Positions 18,498-28,710 of a DNA stretch of 64,000 nucleotides are shown piece by piece. The stretch is taken from the IMG/VR virus record IMGVR_UViG_3300021197_001769. The stretch is one strand, 5' to 3'. Under the pieces are notes generated by a model. It was not told where the DNA came from. It searched no databases and saw nothing but the letters and a program-made list of their open reading frames with translations. The translations under genes were made by a program, and so were the position numbers. This DNA is from a virus. Position 1 is the first letter of the stretch, and each line of letters opens with the position of its first letter.

Positions 18498-20696
18498 TTA
18501 CGCTCCTGCTACTTCTTCAAAACTAACGCCGGTTCTAACTGCGACGAAGTTAAGAGTTATAAAGTTAATTGAACGATTAGGTTTGATATAGATGTCAGCT
18601 ACGAATCTATTACCATCAATAACCGCCGGTGTATTATTTGAAGTATCACAAACTACTTTAAAGTCTTGGCATCCTCTTCTTGCTTTTATATCTTGTAAGA
18701 AAGGCTCTACTGCTGCTACAAAATTAGCTCTTGTAAAGTCGTCGTTGAATTCAAAGAGTTGAAACTTGGCTGCAGTTGCAATTGCTTTTTCTAATACAAT
18801 GAATAATCTTCTTACATTAATACGATCAAAAGCTGAAGGTTTACTTAGTGCAGTTTTATCACCAAATAGTAATGTACCTTGACCTCTTTGAGTAACCATA
18901 GGGTTGACTCTTTCTCTATACAGAACATCTCTGTCTGCTTGTTGAGGATTGAAAGATAATTTAACTACATTGGATACAAAACCTCTATTGAAACCTGCTG
19001 GTGACCACCAAGCATCATTAGTGAATTCTGACCTTGCGGTGATACCTGCTGTATCACCTGCCATCGCTGACCAGAAAAATTGATCATTATATCTGTCATA
19101 CATTCTCTTCCAAGCAGAATCGAACATTGCATACGATGTAGAGTTAAAGTCAGAAAAATAAGTAGTAACTTTAGCTGCAGTTGGATTAACTACTGCTGCA
19201 TCATAAGATGGTGAGCAAAATACTACACAATCTTTTCTTACATTTGCAATATTATCTATTGCATACTTTTGTACTACTTTTTGTTTTGTCGCGTTTGAAG
19301 AACCGCTACCGAAACTATTACCTAAAATTAATGAGATATCAATTTCTTCCGGATCTTTAAACTTATCAAGACCTGCTGTATAATCACCTGCATCAACATC
19401 ATCTCCAGAAGAACCACCATTAAGTGTGTATCTTCTTACACCTGTTAGAGACATGTTAGTAACAAATCTTACGAAGTCTTTTTCATTTGCTTTGTAAATA
19501 TCAATACCTATTGCAGTTACTTGTTCAGAATTTGATACTGCTGCGGTAGAATTACCGTTAGCTAGATCTTCTGTAAGTACGTAAATCCACTGTGATGTAT
19601 TATTAATTATATTTTTATAATAATTTTGACCACCATCAGCTGTTTTACCGTTACCTGCTTTAGATAAACCTTCAAATGTTTCAAGTACTTCATATGCAGA
19701 TCCTGTGATAGTAGTATCAGAGGTGTATACAATAACATGTACTTCATCTTGAACATCTGAGTCAAAGTTGTCTACAGACCATTGTGACCTACCTGGTCTC
19801 TTTTCAAACAATGTAGCTGCTTTAATTGCAGCTGAACCAGAGCCAACAATAGGTGTATTGTTAAAGTCTGAATCGTTCATGCCAGCATCAATAAGAGCTA
19901 CTCCTATACCGTTACCTCTATGACCAGGGAACCTAGCATAGACTGAACCATTGATAAGAGTACTTTCTTCAGCATTAAAGTCATCTAAATTATTAAGAAC
20001 TGCTGCTGTAGCAAAACCAGAACCTTGTTCAGCTTCTTGATAAGGAGTAAACGTTAGTCCTACTGTAGTTACAGCTGAAGGAGCAGTTGCAGCGGCTGGT
20101 GTTGTAAAAGTAATTGCTGTATCACCTGCCAATGCTGCGGCACCGTCGGAGTCTATCGCGGCGTCTGTGGCATTAGCTTCAGTATTGATAGCATTCTTTA
20201 AGATGTTTGCAACGTCACCAATGGATGAAATATCGTCGGAATCAGTAACTGTAAATTGAAATGCAGATGCGCTTGTAACTGCTCCAATGGTTACTGTCTG
20301 AGTTTTATGTCCCTCACCATCTGAATCGGGAAAAGTAAAAGCTGGGGTACCAGTAATACTAATTGTTGTCTTTCCTGACTCTAATGTAACGAACTCTGAT
20401 GCAGCGTTTCTAGCGCCATCAGTTAAAATTCTTACTATTTGAATTGCATTTGCGTATGATAAAAAGTTCGCAGCTGTGTACCAATCGCTTCTAGTACTTT
20501 CACCTGCTACTGTTGATACTTTTGGGTTACCAAACTTTGCTATTAACTGTTCTTCACTTGAAATAAGTGTAGGTTCTAGACAAGGTCCCCATTCAAAATT
20601 TCCAGCAAATGCACCTGTTGTAGTTGCTACAGCAGGTATAATATTGGTAAGGTCTTTTTCTTTTACCTGTACACCTGGACTAACTTGGAAGGCCAT
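18498..20696 (-). CDS. gp18: Tail sheath protein gp18
   Basis: SPGVQVKEKDLT, WWSPAGFNRG, FGDKT, FDRINVRRLF, FEFNDDFTR, KPNRSINFITLNF. Confidence 0.98.
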   Translation of the reverse strand: MAFQVSPGVQVKEKDLTNIIPAVATTTGAFAGNFEWGPCLEPTLISSEEQLIAKFGNPKVSTVAGESTRSDWYTAANFLSYANAIQIVRILTDGARNAASEFVTLESGKTTISITGTPAFTFPDSDGEGHKTQTVTIGAVTSASAFQFTVTDSDDISSIGDVANILKNAINTEANATDAAIDSDGAAALAGDTAITFTTPAAATAPSAVTTVGLTFTPYQEAEQGSGFATAAVLNNLDDFNAEESTLINGSVYARFPGHRGNGIGVALIDAGMNDSDFNNTPIVGSGSAAIKAATLFEKRPGRSQWSVDNFDSDVQDEVHVIVYTSDTTITGSAYEVLETFEGLSKAGNGKTADGGQNYYKNIINNTSQWIYVLTEDLANGNSTAAVSNSEQVTAIGIDIYKANEKDFVRFVTNMSLTGVRRYTLNGGSSGDDVDAGDYTAGLDKFKDPEEIDISLILGNSFGSGSSNATKQKVVQKYAIDNIANVRKDCVVFCSPSYDAAVVNPTAAKVTTYFSDFNSTSYAMFDSAWKRMYDRYNDQFFWSAMAGDTAGITARSEFTNDAWWSPAGFNRGFVSNVVKLSFNPQQADRDVLYRERVNPMVTQRGQGTLLFGDKTALSKPSAFDRINVRRLFIVLEKAIATAAKFQLFEFNDDFTRANFVAAVEPFLQDIKARRGCQDFKVVCDTSNNTPAVIDGNRFVADIYIKPNRSINFITLNFVAVRTGVSFEEVAGA

Positions 20697-20728
20697 TTTT
20701 TGACTCCTTTATTTGTAAATTTACAATA

Positions 20729-20736
20729 TATTTATA
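20729..20736 (-). promoter_or_regulatory. T4-type late promoter TATAAATA upstream of gp18
   Basis: Exact intergenic match, followed by an AAGGAG RBS. Confidence 0.8.
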
Positions 20737-20746
20737 ATCTATAGAT

Positions 20747-22609
20747 CTACGAACCTGTCGGTAACGTATTAGTAAATCGAGGATTATCCCCGCCATGACT
20801 ATTTATTGTAAACGTTAATTTATATTCAGCTAAGCTGAACTTATCTTTGAATGCATATTCAATAACATTCGAATCTCTATACAATAATGTATTAAAGAAA
20901 CCTTTAGCTACAGGATGTGATTCTAGGTTGTAAGCTAGCACCCTTAATATATTTGCATCTGATGAACCTTTAGCAAATATCATAGTATTAGAAGACACTG
21001 TAGATCCGTCTCCGGATACAACTCTCCAAGTAACACTCATTTGAGCTTCTAATATCTGATCACTATCAGTTGAGAACGTAACTGTCGCTAAGTTTTCAGA
21101 ATCAGTTGGTACAGGAGTTGCAGGTGTTGAGCTTGAAGTAACTCCTATTAAAGTATTCAATTTAGCTATATCACCTTGCATAGTACCTATTAATGTACCC
21201 AATGCTTGAATAGCTATTTCATCTGAATCTCTATCAGATCTTAATAAATTTATTTTATTGGTAAGTACATTTATATCTGAATCGCTAGCGCCGCCTGATG
21301 AACCTACTTTACTAGTAAAATGTACAAAATCTGAATCCATATCTGATTTTATTCTACCAGCTAAAGACTGAATATATGTCATTCTAGTAGTTTCACTATC
21401 AATGTCAGCTCTTAATCCATCTACTTCATTTCTCAATGTAGCAGCTACTGCAAGATCAGAGTCACCAATACCTACAATACTTCTTATCTTATCTTGAAAT
21501 AAATTATGATCACTATCTAATCTAGCTCTTACTTGAGACTGCAATAAACTTAACTTAGTACCTTCAGAGTCTAATCTTAATCTCATTTGAGATTGAAGTA
21601 CTGATACTTTAGCTGCCTCTGAATCTAATCTTAATCTTATGTCAGATACTCTACTATCTAAAGCAGCTCTATCTGAATCTATTCTAGTATGAATTATATC
21701 TTGAGCAGTTTTTAATGCTTGTACTACTAATGAATCTGAATCTAGTCTACTGGTTAAATTAGTTTTTAACAACTGTACTTTAGTTGACTCAGAATCTAAT
21801 CTTACGTGAGCAGCATCAGCTCTTGCTTGTGCAGCTGCAGTCGAAGTACTTAGTGCTTGTAATGCTGCATCGTCTGAATCTAATCTTGATTTTACTTGAG
21901 TAGCTAACGCTTGTATAAAACTTGAATCTGAATCTAATCTAGCAGTAATAGTATTGACATTATTAGATAGATCAGCTACAACTTTTAAGTCAGAGTCGGA
22001 AGGTATTTCTAATACTCTTAAACCGTTCTCTCTTATTATTTCTATAACTTGATCACTATCAAATCCGGCAGAACCTACACCTAGTATACCAATATATTGA
22101 CCACCACTAATGTATATGCTTTTGTCTGTAAAGTCTTTACCATTAGGTAAGTTTTCACCCATAAAGTGTAACACACCAGACTGATAATCAAAAAACCATT
22201 CATCGTCATTACCAGAACCAGCAGCAAATAGCTGATTAGATATTCCAGCTGCATTATCACTGTCACCTGAATCGTGTAGATATACTTTTACTTGATATGT
22301 TGAACCAAATTCAGGTGGTATCCAATCTGTGACACCAGTAATCCAAGTTCTATTAGCACTCGCTGTACCATCTGCTACAGCTTCAACTAAATTGCTTGAA
22401 CTATATACTTCTACAACTCCTGTAGTACTTGCAGGTAAAGTAGCTGGTATAAGATTAGCTTGTACTAGAGTTTTATCACCTCTGTTTAATAATGGAGATG
22501 CAATAGATTCGTTAGTTGGACCTTTTAATGAATCAGAGTCAGTTCTAGCAACACCGAAACCTAATTTCTTAAAAAGAAAGTCTACCTTTGCTGTTAAACT
22601 AATTGCCAT
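20747..22609 (-). CDS. Virion fibre/whisker-like protein with RLDSD coiled-coil repeats
   Basis: N-terminal globular domain (WFFDYQSGVLHF); central helical repeats; about 14 DSD plus several DSE. Confidence 0.7.
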   Translation of the reverse strand: MAISLTAKVDFLFKKLGFGVARTDSDSLKGPTNESIASPLLNRGDKTLVQANLIPATLPASTTGVVEVYSSSNLVEAVADGTASANRTWITGVTDWIPPEFGSTYQVKVYLHDSGDSDNAAGISNQLFAAGSGNDDEWFFDYQSGVLHFMGENLPNGKDFTDKSIYISGGQYIGILGVGSAGFDSDQVIEIIRENGLRVLEIPSDSDLKVVADLSNNVNTITARLDSDSSFIQALATQVKSRLDSDDAALQALSTSTAAAQARADAAHVRLDSESTKVQLLKTNLTSRLDSDSLVVQALKTAQDIIHTRIDSDRAALDSRVSDIRLRLDSEAAKVSVLQSQMRLRLDSEGTKLSLLQSQVRARLDSDHNLFQDKIRSIVGIGDSDLAVAATLRNEVDGLRADIDSETTRMTYIQSLAGRIKSDMDSDFVHFTSKVGSSGGASDSDINVLTNKINLLRSDRDSDEIAIQALGTLIGTMQGDIAKLNTLIGVTSSSTPATPVPTDSENLATVTFSTDSDQILEAQMSVTWRVVSGDGSTVSSNTMIFAKGSSDANILRVLAYNLESHPVAKGFFNTLLYRDSNVIEYAFKDKFSLAEYKLTFTINSHGGDNPRFTNTLPTGS

Positions 22610-25600
22610 TAACTTATACTCAAACTAGTTACTGAATCACCTGATGCTAATCCTATTCTTAAAAGAATATTATTATTAGTAGCATTGGTTGCGTTTTCTG
22701 TACCGAGCGTGAAAGTAAAAGAGCCATTCAGCGCTCCTGTACCTACAATATCACCTCCAGTAGATGCACATCCATTAGAACCGTTTCCTCCTGATCCTGT
22801 GTTAGCGCCTGGTACACCAGCACCTGCATATTGACCTCCACAATCTAACCATCCATTTAATGAGGATGATGAATCAATTACTGTGCCTGGTGCTGCTATA
22901 AACATACCTTCTATACCAGAAGACGAAACAATATTAACTGTAAAGTTAGCCATTGCTGTTCTTCTAAACGCCATTGTAAAATATTGAGTTCCTGTATCAC
23001 CTGATCTGTTTGGTCCAGGAGGAACATATGTACTGTAGTTAGTAGTATCGTGTTTTAATACCCCTAATCTAATTGTAGCTTCTTTAGTGCCTTGAACTCC
23101 ACTATCTGAATCTTCTACGAATATATCTGTATTGTAATAATTATATGAACCACCTCTCAACGCAGGGGTATCAGTAGTAGCTGATTTTAAAGCTCCTGAT
23201 CTAACTCCGTTGTCGGTAAAACCTGAACCTAATCCACCAGCTACACTTATAGCAGTTTCGTTTATTCCAGATTGAGAAGCTGTATGCACGTTTATATTAG
23301 TTGTATTTTCTACATAAGAACTAGTACCGTTAGTATTACTTGCTCTCACTTTAATTCTATCTACTGTTCTAACTGATGAAGATGTAATAGCAACACTTAA
23401 GGTAGCTAATGTATAAGCAGAACTAACACCTGTATTAGCAATAGGTATGCCTCCGGATAACATTGTTGATGAACCATCTACATTAGCGTAAGTATAATTT
23501 GTATTAACTGTACCAGCAGAACTAGTACTTTCTTGATTAGTTCCAGAATCTATTTCAACAGGAGAGGATGTATCATTATAAGCTTGTCCTACAAAATTTG
23601 ATATTTGAATACCTGCAACGTTTATTGTAGGGCTTCCAGAATTAAAATAAGGCACTCCTGAAATGTATCTATAGGTTCCTGAATTATTAACTGATACAGT
23701 ACCTGTACTTGATACTGTCGGAGCCGCTGAAACTGTATCGTCTCTTAATATGTGAACAGTAGATGTTGAACCTGTCTGCGAATGTTTTATTAATTGTGCA
23801 TTAAGTCCTAAAGTATAACCTGATAAAGATCTAGCTATTTTAGCATCAAATGTCTGATAAAAATTGGATGGATATGTAGAAGAACTAATAGTATCATGAG
23901 CATCAGCTTGTTGAGTAACTTGAAGTGAACCAGCAGCTCCAGTTTCTCCTGATGTTGTAGTAAATGATATAGTACCGTCACTATCACCATTTCTTATACA
24001 TGTTACTTCACCTGCAGCTCCATTATAAGCATTATTAATTGTATTAGTATCTATAATTCCAGTAGTATATCTTCTTGCAGTTGTACTATTAAGAGATGTT
24101 CCTGCTGCTAATGTAGACATAGTACCTGTATTATCAGTGAAACCTGAAGCTAATTTAGGATTAGTACCGTGAGCTGAATCTGATAAAGTTAAAGTAAAAG
24201 TAGATAAGTTACTAGGAGCAGCTGGTACTGCGTTAATTGTAAATGTGACACTTTCTTTATCTGATTGAGCTACACTTCCAGGTGAACCAGAAGCAAATAA
24301 TTGAGAAGCATAACTACCAGTTGACTCTCCAGTATAGTCATGATCAATAGTAGCTCCTAATGAACCTGGAGATGATCCATCTTCAGTTAATGAATCTGAA
24401 TCTCCATCGGCCCAACTATAAGTTAAATTAGTTGCATTTTGTGATGTGTTAGTAGCTCTTACTAATGCTCTATTTGCACCGTTTAAGTCTACAAAGTCAT
24501 ATATGTCTCTACTATTATCTCCTGATCTATCAGAAACAGTTACTGCAGTTGCAGCATAGTTGACTCTTAAATCAGGTCTAACTGTAATTTCAAAAGGATC
24601 TGATTCGAAAGGAGATGAATCATGATTAGAAGTTATTTGTAATTTACCAGTAAAAGTAACTGTATGTCCATTAGCTTGATCTGAATCAGGTAATGCATAA
24701 GTATGAGAAACTGCACTAGCTCCTCTATCACCTGATGAACCTGTTCCTGCATTTACTGTTGTATTAGATGTACCGTCACCCCATACATAAACATATCTAC
24801 TACCAAATGTTGCAAAGTTACCAACACCTGAACCTGAATTGTTAGTTGCTTGTATAACATGACCTGATGTAGCTTCTTCATTTACACCATCACTATCATT
24901 TATACTTACAGATGGTGTATGTGTATCTAAAACATTAAAGAAATTATCTGAGTCAGCTGCAGGTATATCAGTTGGGTTAGCTGTAGTGTGTGAATTTAAT
25001 GTGAGAGAAATATTAAATCTTCTATCTTCTTCAACTACTGTATCAAATGTATAAGGTAATCTACTACCGCCGTTATTAATAGAACCACCAGGTAATCTAT
25101 CAGAATCTATAGCATGCATTAAATCGCTATCACCAAAATTAAAAACATAACCTGCGATTGCATTTGAAGTATTAGTAGTATTATTTTGTAAATAAATTGT
25201 ATCGCCATCATCCCATTGTGTAATAGGAGAACCACCAGACGATGCAGCATATATTGCGAATGAAACAGCTGGTGTAGCTGTAAAAACTGTTACGTAGTTA
25301 CTTCTTTCTTTAACTGAAAATGAACCAGCACCTTCTCCAGAAGAGTTTCTAGCTATTACTCTTACAGTAAAAGGAGAACCTACGTTTGAATTGTATGTAT
25401 GAGATGGTGTACTATCAGAACTGTCTGAATCTATGTTACCGTCACCCCAATGAATATCATATCTATTAGGGTTACCATCTGCACTTGTTGTTAATGTAGT
25501 AGTGAAACCAGCACCACCGATTAAGTTGTCACCAGTAAAATCTAAATTAGAAACAGCAGTATTTCTAATTACGTTTCTAGTAGCTTCATTTAATTTATCG

Positions 25601-26112
25601 ATAGCGTCAGTAACTGTTTCAGTTGTTTCTAATGCTATAGCACCAGTTTCACTTGATAAGGAACCATCTTGTAAGGGAGCACCGAGTGTGATTTGATTGC
25701 CTACTGTATTTTGTCCAGCATGCTCTTGAATCATATTAACGATTGCATCTGAGTCGTGACCAGCATTAGCGGCTAAGTTACTAATAGCAGCAGTATCTGA
25801 GTCTAACCTTGCAGTTAAATCAGTCTTAATTGCTTGTAATCTACTCTCATCAGAGTCTAGTCGAGATACTGCAGTTTCAGCTCTTCTTAAAAGAGTCTGG
25901 ACGCGTGTTGTCTCTGAGTCAAGATCTGATCTAAGAGCTGCAACGGCTGTGCCAGCATGCTCAAAGACCATATTCTTAACAACATCTGAGTCAGTAGTAG
26001 AGGATATAGTGTAAACACCTTCACCTTCGGAGTTTACAACAAACCCTACACCTACATTAGTACCTGCCTCTAGTCTAGTAACGAGAGGGATATCATCTGA
26101 ATCGTACGCCAT
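22609..26112 (-). CDS. Large virion structural/fibre protein with PKD-like domains
   Basis: Repeated WGDG/FGD...HTY PKD-type motifs; S/T/G/N-rich; N-terminal RLDSD coil; about 14 DSD. Confidence 0.75.
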   Translation of the reverse strand: MAYDSDDIPLVTRLEAGTNVGVGFVVNSEGEGVYTISSTTDSDVVKNMVFEHAGTAVAALRSDLDSETTRVQTLLRRAETAVSRLDSDESRLQAIKTDLTARLDSDTAAISNLAANAGHDSDAIVNMIQEHAGQNTVGNQITLGAPLQDGSLSSETGAIALETTETVTDAIDKLNEATRNVIRNTAVSNLDFTGDNLIGGAGFTTTLTTSADGNPNRYDIHWGDGNIDSDSSDSTPSHTYNSNVGSPFTVRVIARNSSGEGAGSFSVKERSNYVTVFTATPAVSFAIYAASSGGSPITQWDDGDTIYLQNNTTNTSNAIAGYVFNFGDSDLMHAIDSDRLPGGSINNGGSRLPYTFDTVVEEDRRFNISLTLNSHTTANPTDIPAADSDNFFNVLDTHTPSVSINDSDGVNEEATSGHVIQATNNSGSGVGNFATFGSRYVYVWGDGTSNTTVNAGTGSSGDRGASAVSHTYALPDSDQANGHTVTFTGKLQITSNHDSSPFESDPFEITVRPDLRVNYAATAVTVSDRSGDNSRDIYDFVDLNGANRALVRATNTSQNATNLTYSWADGDSDSLTEDGSSPGSLGATIDHDYTGESTGSYASQLFASGSPGSVAQSDKESVTFTINAVPAAPSNLSTFTLTLSDSAHGTNPKLASGFTDNTGTMSTLAAGTSLNSTTARRYTTGIIDTNTINNAYNGAAGEVTCIRNGDSDGTISFTTTSGETGAAGSLQVTQQADAHDTISSSTYPSNFYQTFDAKIARSLSGYTLGLNAQLIKHSQTGSTSTVHILRDDTVSAAPTVSSTGTVSVNNSGTYRYISGVPYFNSGSPTINVAGIQISNFVGQAYNDTSSPVEIDSGTNQESTSSAGTVNTNYTYANVDGSSTMLSGGIPIANTGVSSAYTLATLSVAITSSSVRTVDRIKVRASNTNGTSSYVENTTNINVHTASQSGINETAISVAGGLGSGFTDNGVRSGALKSATTDTPALRGGSYNYYNTDIFVEDSDSGVQGTKEATIRLGVLKHDTTNYSTYVPPGPNRSGDTGTQYFTMAFRRTAMANFTVNIVSSSGIEGMFIAAPGTVIDSSSSLNGWLDCGGQYAGAGVPGANTGSGGNGSNGCASTGGDIVGTGALNGSFTFTLGTENATNATNNNILLRIGLASGDSVTSLSIS

Positions 26113-26138
26113 TCACCCTCACCTTTTATTCCCAGTTA

Positions 26139-26729
26139 CTAGTTGCCTGAGTTATCGTCTGTATCTAGTACATATCCTCCGAATACAACACTATTAGAAG
26201 TATTTCTAATTTCTAATTTGTGTGCGTCTGTAAAAGCATTACCATCAAAGTTAAATGCTTGACCTGCTGTAATAGTAATACCACCTGGGAATGTGTATCC
26301 ACTATTCAATGCTGTCTTAACAGCTGAAACTGCTACTGTATCAGAGTCTAATCTAGCTATGATTTCTGTTATTTTTGGATTCAATTGAGCCATAATGAAA
26401 TCAGAGTCAGCTACTTGATTAAGTTTTGATATAATCAAACCGTGCTCTGAGTCTCTATCTGCTCTTAAGTTATTAACAGCTGCTGATAAGTTACTTAACT
26501 TAACTGTATCAGAATCTAATCTAGCAATAAGTCCTGGATTAGTACCTGTGTCAATAATAACAGCCCATTTAGTAGCATCTGATCCAGGGGTTACACCTGA
26601 GAAGCCACCTGATACTGCTGAGTATGCAATACCTTCGTGATGTACTGTATCTAATTTTTGGTATGTTGTACCGGCGTTATAAGCGCCTTTAAAAACGAGT
26701 CTTACTCGTCCTAATATCTGAGTTGCCAT
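26139..26729 (-). CDS. Short fibre-associated virion protein
   Basis: N-terminal FKGAYNAGTTY..LDTV...W repeat seen in phage fibres; RLDSD coil; C-terminal LEIRN module. Confidence 0.65.
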   Translation of the reverse strand: MATQILGRVRLVFKGAYNAGTTYQKLDTVHHEGIAYSAVSGGFSGVTPGSDATKWAVIIDTGTNPGLIARLDSDTVKLSNLSAAVNNLRADRDSEHGLIISKLNQVADSDFIMAQLNPKITEIIARLDSDTVAVSAVKTALNSGYTFPGGITITAGQAFNFDGNAFTDAHKLEIRNTSNSVVFGGYVLDTDDNSGN

Positions 26730-26805
26730 TTTCCTTTACCCCTTTTGTTCTGGTTGGAAGCCCTGCCACTTTCGTGGTTCTAGCTCAGTAGCATTAATGC
26801 TGTTT

Positions 26806-26813
26806 TATTTATA
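26806..26813 (-). promoter_or_regulatory. T4-type late promoter TATAAATA
   Basis: Exact intergenic match about 75 nt upstream of 26729. Confidence 0.7.
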
Positions 26814-26823
26814 ATTATGCACT

Positions 26824-27081
26824 CTAGTCGTCATCAGCTAAATGTGCAGCATAAGCAGTTTTAATTTCATCTGTCCAAACACCGTTTGCTATATTTTGCA
26901 CTTCTGTGCTTTCATTAGATAAGCCATCTGCACTTATGTTTGGTGAAACTATGTGTCTTGAAAAAACTCGACTTATTTCTGTACCATCTCTTTTAATGAC
27001 TGTTGCAGTTCTAACTTGTATAAATTTATACGGCCCTACCACTTCAATTTTATCTTGTATTGTTTCTTCTGTTAATGCCAC
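26824..27081 (-). CDS. Small protein following the DDYEEG-type fibre tip, probable fibre assembly partner
   Basis: QDKIEVV...QVRTATVIKRDGTEISR.F.RH...W; from recollection, this type is found next to DDYEEG fibres in marine phages. Confidence 0.6.
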   Translation of the reverse strand: MALTEETIQDKIEVVGPYKFIQVRTATVIKRDGTEISRVFSRHIVSPNISADGLSNESTEVQNIANGVWTDEIKTAYAAHLADDD

Positions 27082-27099
27082 TTTCTACTCCTATAATTA

Positions 27100-28638
27100 T
27101 TAGAACGTCATGTATGTTATACCTATGGTAAACCTATCATTGGTTGCCATATGAGAGTTGTTAAGAGTTCCTGCCGATGTATTATTCTCAGATGACCTAA
27201 ATGATCCAACAGATGCATCAGTTGAAACATAAAAATTAACAAAATTACCAGAATTATGATCCGGACCTTGTGCACCAACTCCATCAAAAGCAACTGAACC
27301 AACAGACCTATCACTTAAATCTGCGCCATTACCTGTTGCAAATGGTAAACTTATATCTATAACTCCGTTTGGACTACTTTCACCAGTTATATGTAATTGA
27401 CCTTGCAAGTGAACCATTCTACCAATTTTTACATATGACAATTTTGTAGCACTATCTCCAAGAGTATAGCTACCACTTGTCCTACCTGTGACTGTAGGGG
27501 TATATATACCTTCTTCATAATCATCAAGCAGTTCACCGGTCATACCAGTAGCATCACTTGTGGCACTAAAATCTATACCATGACCATTTGCTACTATAAC
27601 GTTGCCATCAGTTAGAGTTAATCCATTGCCTACAGTTACTGTACCATCAACTTCTAATCCTGTACCATTAATTAATTGAAGTGTGTCGCTATTAAATCTT
27701 GCACTAATATTATTTGAGCCAGCTTTCTTATGAGTTATTTCAATAATACCATCTTCAGTTCCGTCACTAGCGTCTTGTATTTTTCCTGTAATTTTTGCAT
27801 ATACTATTTCTTGGTTAGCATCATTTTCACCTTTGAACTTTATTTGACCTAAGTAATCTGCGTCGGCTACACTAGAACTATTACGTTTAAGTGTAATCAC
27901 TGGACCTGCATTATTAGAATCTTCAGTTGTAGTAACTAATATACTATCATCTGTAGTTGTGTTATTAACAGTTAAAGTTTGGAATGTGTGATCTGAATCT
28001 ATACCACCTAAACCAGCTATGTTAGCTGTATTAGTATTTGTAGCTGCTTTTAATGATTGTATTATTATACTATCACTGTCTAGATCTGCTCTCGTCTTAG
28101 TTGCTAATGATTGAATAGCTGCGCTGTCTGAATCTAGCCTGTTTGTAATTTCACTTATTTTTGATATCTTTATCGAATCTGAATCTCTATCAGCTCTAAG
28201 AGATAATATAGCACCACCAACTGAGTCTAATGTATCGTTACCAGTTAAGAATAATATCTGTCCATCAGAGTCAATAGTCAAAGTACCTGAATTTGCTACA
28301 TCATCATTTGTGTTTAATAATATTTGACCATCACTGTCGACTACTAAAGTACCTATTTGTCTATCAGCATCATCAGAATCTAATCTGTTTATTAAACCGT
28401 CTACTTTGTTTTGTAAATTTGCGACTTTAGTTAAGTCACTATCTTCTATTTCGGCAACAGATGCGAAGGCAAGTGAACCAGAGACAACCTTTAAAATTTG
28501 ATTGTCAGAACCAATAGTTGAGGGAATACTAACGTTACCTACAGTAAGTCCTTTAACGGTTGTACCGCCTGAAGTAACGAAAAGGTCAGAGTCTCCTACA
28601 CGAAGACCGTTTTTTATCATAAAATTTTTTTGTGCCAT
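27100..28638 (-). CDS. Tail fibre protein, DSD-rich N-half with DDYEEG-type C-terminal domain
   Basis: MAQKNFMIKNGL start; GIDFSAT...LLDDYEEGIYTP...YVKIGRMVH...ISLPF tip domain. Confidence 0.75.
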   Translation of the reverse strand: MAQKNFMIKNGLRVGDSDLFVTSGGTTVKGLTVGNVSIPSTIGSDNQILKVVSGSLAFASVAEIEDSDLTKVANLQNKVDGLINRLDSDDADRQIGTLVVDSDGQILLNTNDDVANSGTLTIDSDGQILFLTGNDTLDSVGGAILSLRADRDSDSIKISKISEITNRLDSDSAAIQSLATKTRADLDSDSIIIQSLKAATNTNTANIAGLGGIDSDHTFQTLTVNNTTTDDSILVTTTEDSNNAGPVITLKRNSSSVADADYLGQIKFKGENDANQEIVYAKITGKIQDASDGTEDGIIEITHKKAGSNNISARFNSDTLQLINGTGLEVDGTVTVGNGLTLTDGNVIVANGHGIDFSATSDATGMTGELLDDYEEGIYTPTVTGRTSGSYTLGDSATKLSYVKIGRMVHLQGQLHITGESSPNGVIDISLPFATGNGADLSDRSVGSVAFDGVGAQGPDHNSGNFVNFYVSTDASVGSFRSSENNTSAGTLNNSHMATNDRFTIGITYMTF

Positions 28639-28669
28639 CTCGGTTCACTATCCCCAGAGTCATATTATA

Positions 28670-28691
28670 GAGGAGAGATTTCTCTCTCCTC
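28670..28691 (-). promoter_or_regulatory. Perfect 9-bp leader hairpin with GAAA loop
   Basis: Minus strand reads GAGGAGAGA-GAAA-TCTCTCCTC, just downstream of a late promoter; no U-tail. Confidence 0.55.
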
Positions 28692-28702
28692 GTATATTAT
28701 TA

Positions 28703-28710
28703 TATTTATA
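28703..28710 (-). promoter_or_regulatory. T4-type late promoter TATAAATA
   Basis: Exact match overlapping the stop codon of 28706..30298. Confidence 0.7.

Noticed and set aside
21500-21950. LDS motif as an acyl-carrier phosphopantetheinylation site
   Set aside because: ACP sites are GxDSL in a four-helix fold. Here Ser is followed by D/E in coiled coils and loops, and no PPTase is visible in the window.
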